Below are positions 62,728 to 64,000 of a stretch of DNA of 64,000 nt, one piece after another. The number at the start of each line of letters is the position of its first letter. The stretch's first letter is position 1. Source of the DNA: an uncultured Verrucomicrobiae bacterium (GTDB lineage Bacteria > Verrucomicrobiota > Verrucomicrobiia > JADLBR01 > CALLMV01); the NCBI GenBank assembly GCA_938005615.1, contig CALLMV010000011.1, positions 3,025 through 67,024 of the forward strand, given 5' to 3'. The translations under genes were made by a program, and so were the position numbers. The notes below the pieces were generated by a model. It was given only the letters and a program-made list of their open reading frames with translations, had not been told where the DNA came from and ran no database searches.

Positions 62728-63648
62728 ATGGCCAGGGGCACACAAGACATCGTTGCTGCACTTCTCGCTTCCTACGAAAAATTTGGGGTGATCAACCATG
62801 TGGATGGGTTGAATCTACCGACCAAGGAAGGCGTAGGTTCGATTTGTGCTGAATTACTCCGGTTGCTGTTCCCCGGATTTTTTGAGGATCACGTTGTTCA
62901 CTCCAGTGAGATTGCAGAAAAAACTGGCTGTTTGATCGAACGTTTGCGACCCATGATGGAAACCGAAGTTCGCCGCAGTTTGGAATTCGGTTACCAGCAA
63001 GGCCTCGCCACAAAATGTGCGCCACAGGATAGTGCGCAAGTTCTAGAAGAATTCTTCCGCTCACTCGACGCGGTGCGTGAGCTGCTGGTTCAAGATGTAG
63101 AGGCTGCTTACCGCGGCGATCCCGCGGCCAGTTGTCGGGAAGAAGTCGTGCTATCCTATCCATGCATCGAAGCCCTTTCAATGCAGCGTTGCGCTCATGT
63201 GCTCTTTTCGATCGGGGTGCCTCTGCTGCCCCGCATGCTCACGGAATGGGCTCATAGCCGCACGGGGATTGATCTTCACCCCGGCGCCAAAATTGGTGGA
63301 GGCCTGTTTATAGATCACGGCACAGGTGTCGTTGTGGGAGAAACAAGTGTGATTGGACGCGATGTGAAAATTTACCAGGGCGTCACTCTTGGTGCGAAAT
63401 CCTTCCGCCGCAACCAGGATGGCTCACTGGTCAAAGGTTTGCAGCGCCATCCCATCATAGAAGACGAAGTCACCATTTACGCTGGGGCCACGATCCTCGG
63501 GGGCGACACTGTTGTGGGCGCACGCAGCATAATCGGAGGCAATGTTTGGCTAGTGGACTCTGTGCCACCAGATTCGATCGTTCTCATGGAAGGAGGCCGG
63601 GCCGTGGTGCAAAACAGACTTCGAGCCGCCGCCGATTACCAGATTTGA
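62728..63648 (+). CDS. cysE: Serine O-acetyltransferase
   Basis: GDPAA, TGIDLHPGAKIG, FIDHGTGVVVGET, YQGVTLGA, RHP. Confidence 0.93.
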   Translation: MARGTQDIVAALLASYEKFGVINHVDGLNLPTKEGVGSICAELLRLLFPGFFEDHVVHSSEIAEKTGCLIERLRPMMETEVRRSLEFGYQQGLATKCAPQDSAQVLEEFFRSLDAVRELLVQDVEAAYRGDPAASCREEVVLSYPCIEALSMQRCAHVLFSIGVPLLPRMLTEWAHSRTGIDLHPGAKIGGGLFIDHGTGVVVGETSVIGRDVKIYQGVTLGAKSFRRNQDGSLVKGLQRHPIIEDEVTIYAGATILGGDTVVGARSIIGGNVWLVDSVPPDSIVLMEGGRAVVQNRLRAAADYQI

Positions 63649-64000
63649 ATGAAGCGCATCTACCTCGATTACAACGCGACAACCCCGCTTGATCCTGTGG
63701 TCGCCGACGCAATGTCAGATTGGATCACAGACATTGATGCCCACGGCAATCCCAGCAGCATCCACGCCGAGGGGCGACGAGCACGGGGTGCGATTGACGA
63801 GGCACGCCAACTTTGCGCTTCTTTGCTCGGAGCCAAGGAGCACGAAATTATTTTCTGCGGAAGCGGCACGGAGGCGAACAATCTCGGAGTGATCGGTCTC
63901 GCACTTGCGGCCGTGAGCAACGGTCGCACACGCCATATCGTCGTATCCGCTGTCGAACATCACGCCGTGCTCCACGCGGCTGAGCGACTGCGCGATCTGC
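63649..64000 (+). CDS. Cysteine desulfurase (IscS/NifS family), 3'-partial
   Basis: MKRIYLDYNATTP, GNPSSIH, FCGSGTEANN, SAVEHHAV. Runs off the window end. Confidence 0.93.
   Translation, partial: MKRIYLDYNATTPLDPVVADAMSDWITDIDAHGNPSSIHAEGRRARGAIDEARQLCASLLGAKEHEIIFCGSGTEANNLGVIGLALAAVSNGRTRHIVVSAVEHHAVLHAAERLRDL

Overview
A 64 kb bacterial chromosomal segment, very probably from a free-living Verrucomicrobiota member (inferred from an Amuc_1098-1102-like pilus/secretin cluster, an H-X9-DG prepilin and plant-type LeuC/LeuD). It is mostly housekeeping: obgE, feoAB, aspS, dnaB-bamA-skp-lpxD, mazG, elbB, argH, rpmG, prfC, leuCD, purSQLF, argG, hisH, gyrBA, tadA, cysE, an iscS-like start and four tRNAs (Pro, Gly, fMet, Val). 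Unusual elements: (1) an Akkermansia Amuc_1102-1098-type operon with two tandem full-length secretins followed by an orphan secreted protein, a pilin and tRNA-Val; (2) a putative toxin/DUF2283 pair translationally coupled inside the gyrB-gyrA operon; (3) a stand-alone N-terminal half CarB; (4) a shared TGAGA-N5-TCTCA Fur-like box before feoA, the TonB-dependent receptor and an unexplained 480 bp region; (5) recurring leaderless promoter geometry, including a bidirectional -10 element; (6) an AT-rich TPR/SDR stretch and a GC-rich, decaying rhamnosidase island with a frameshifted AraC regulator. No CRISPR array, rRNA, integrase or transposase was seen. All family calls come from motif recognition by eye, not from database searches.
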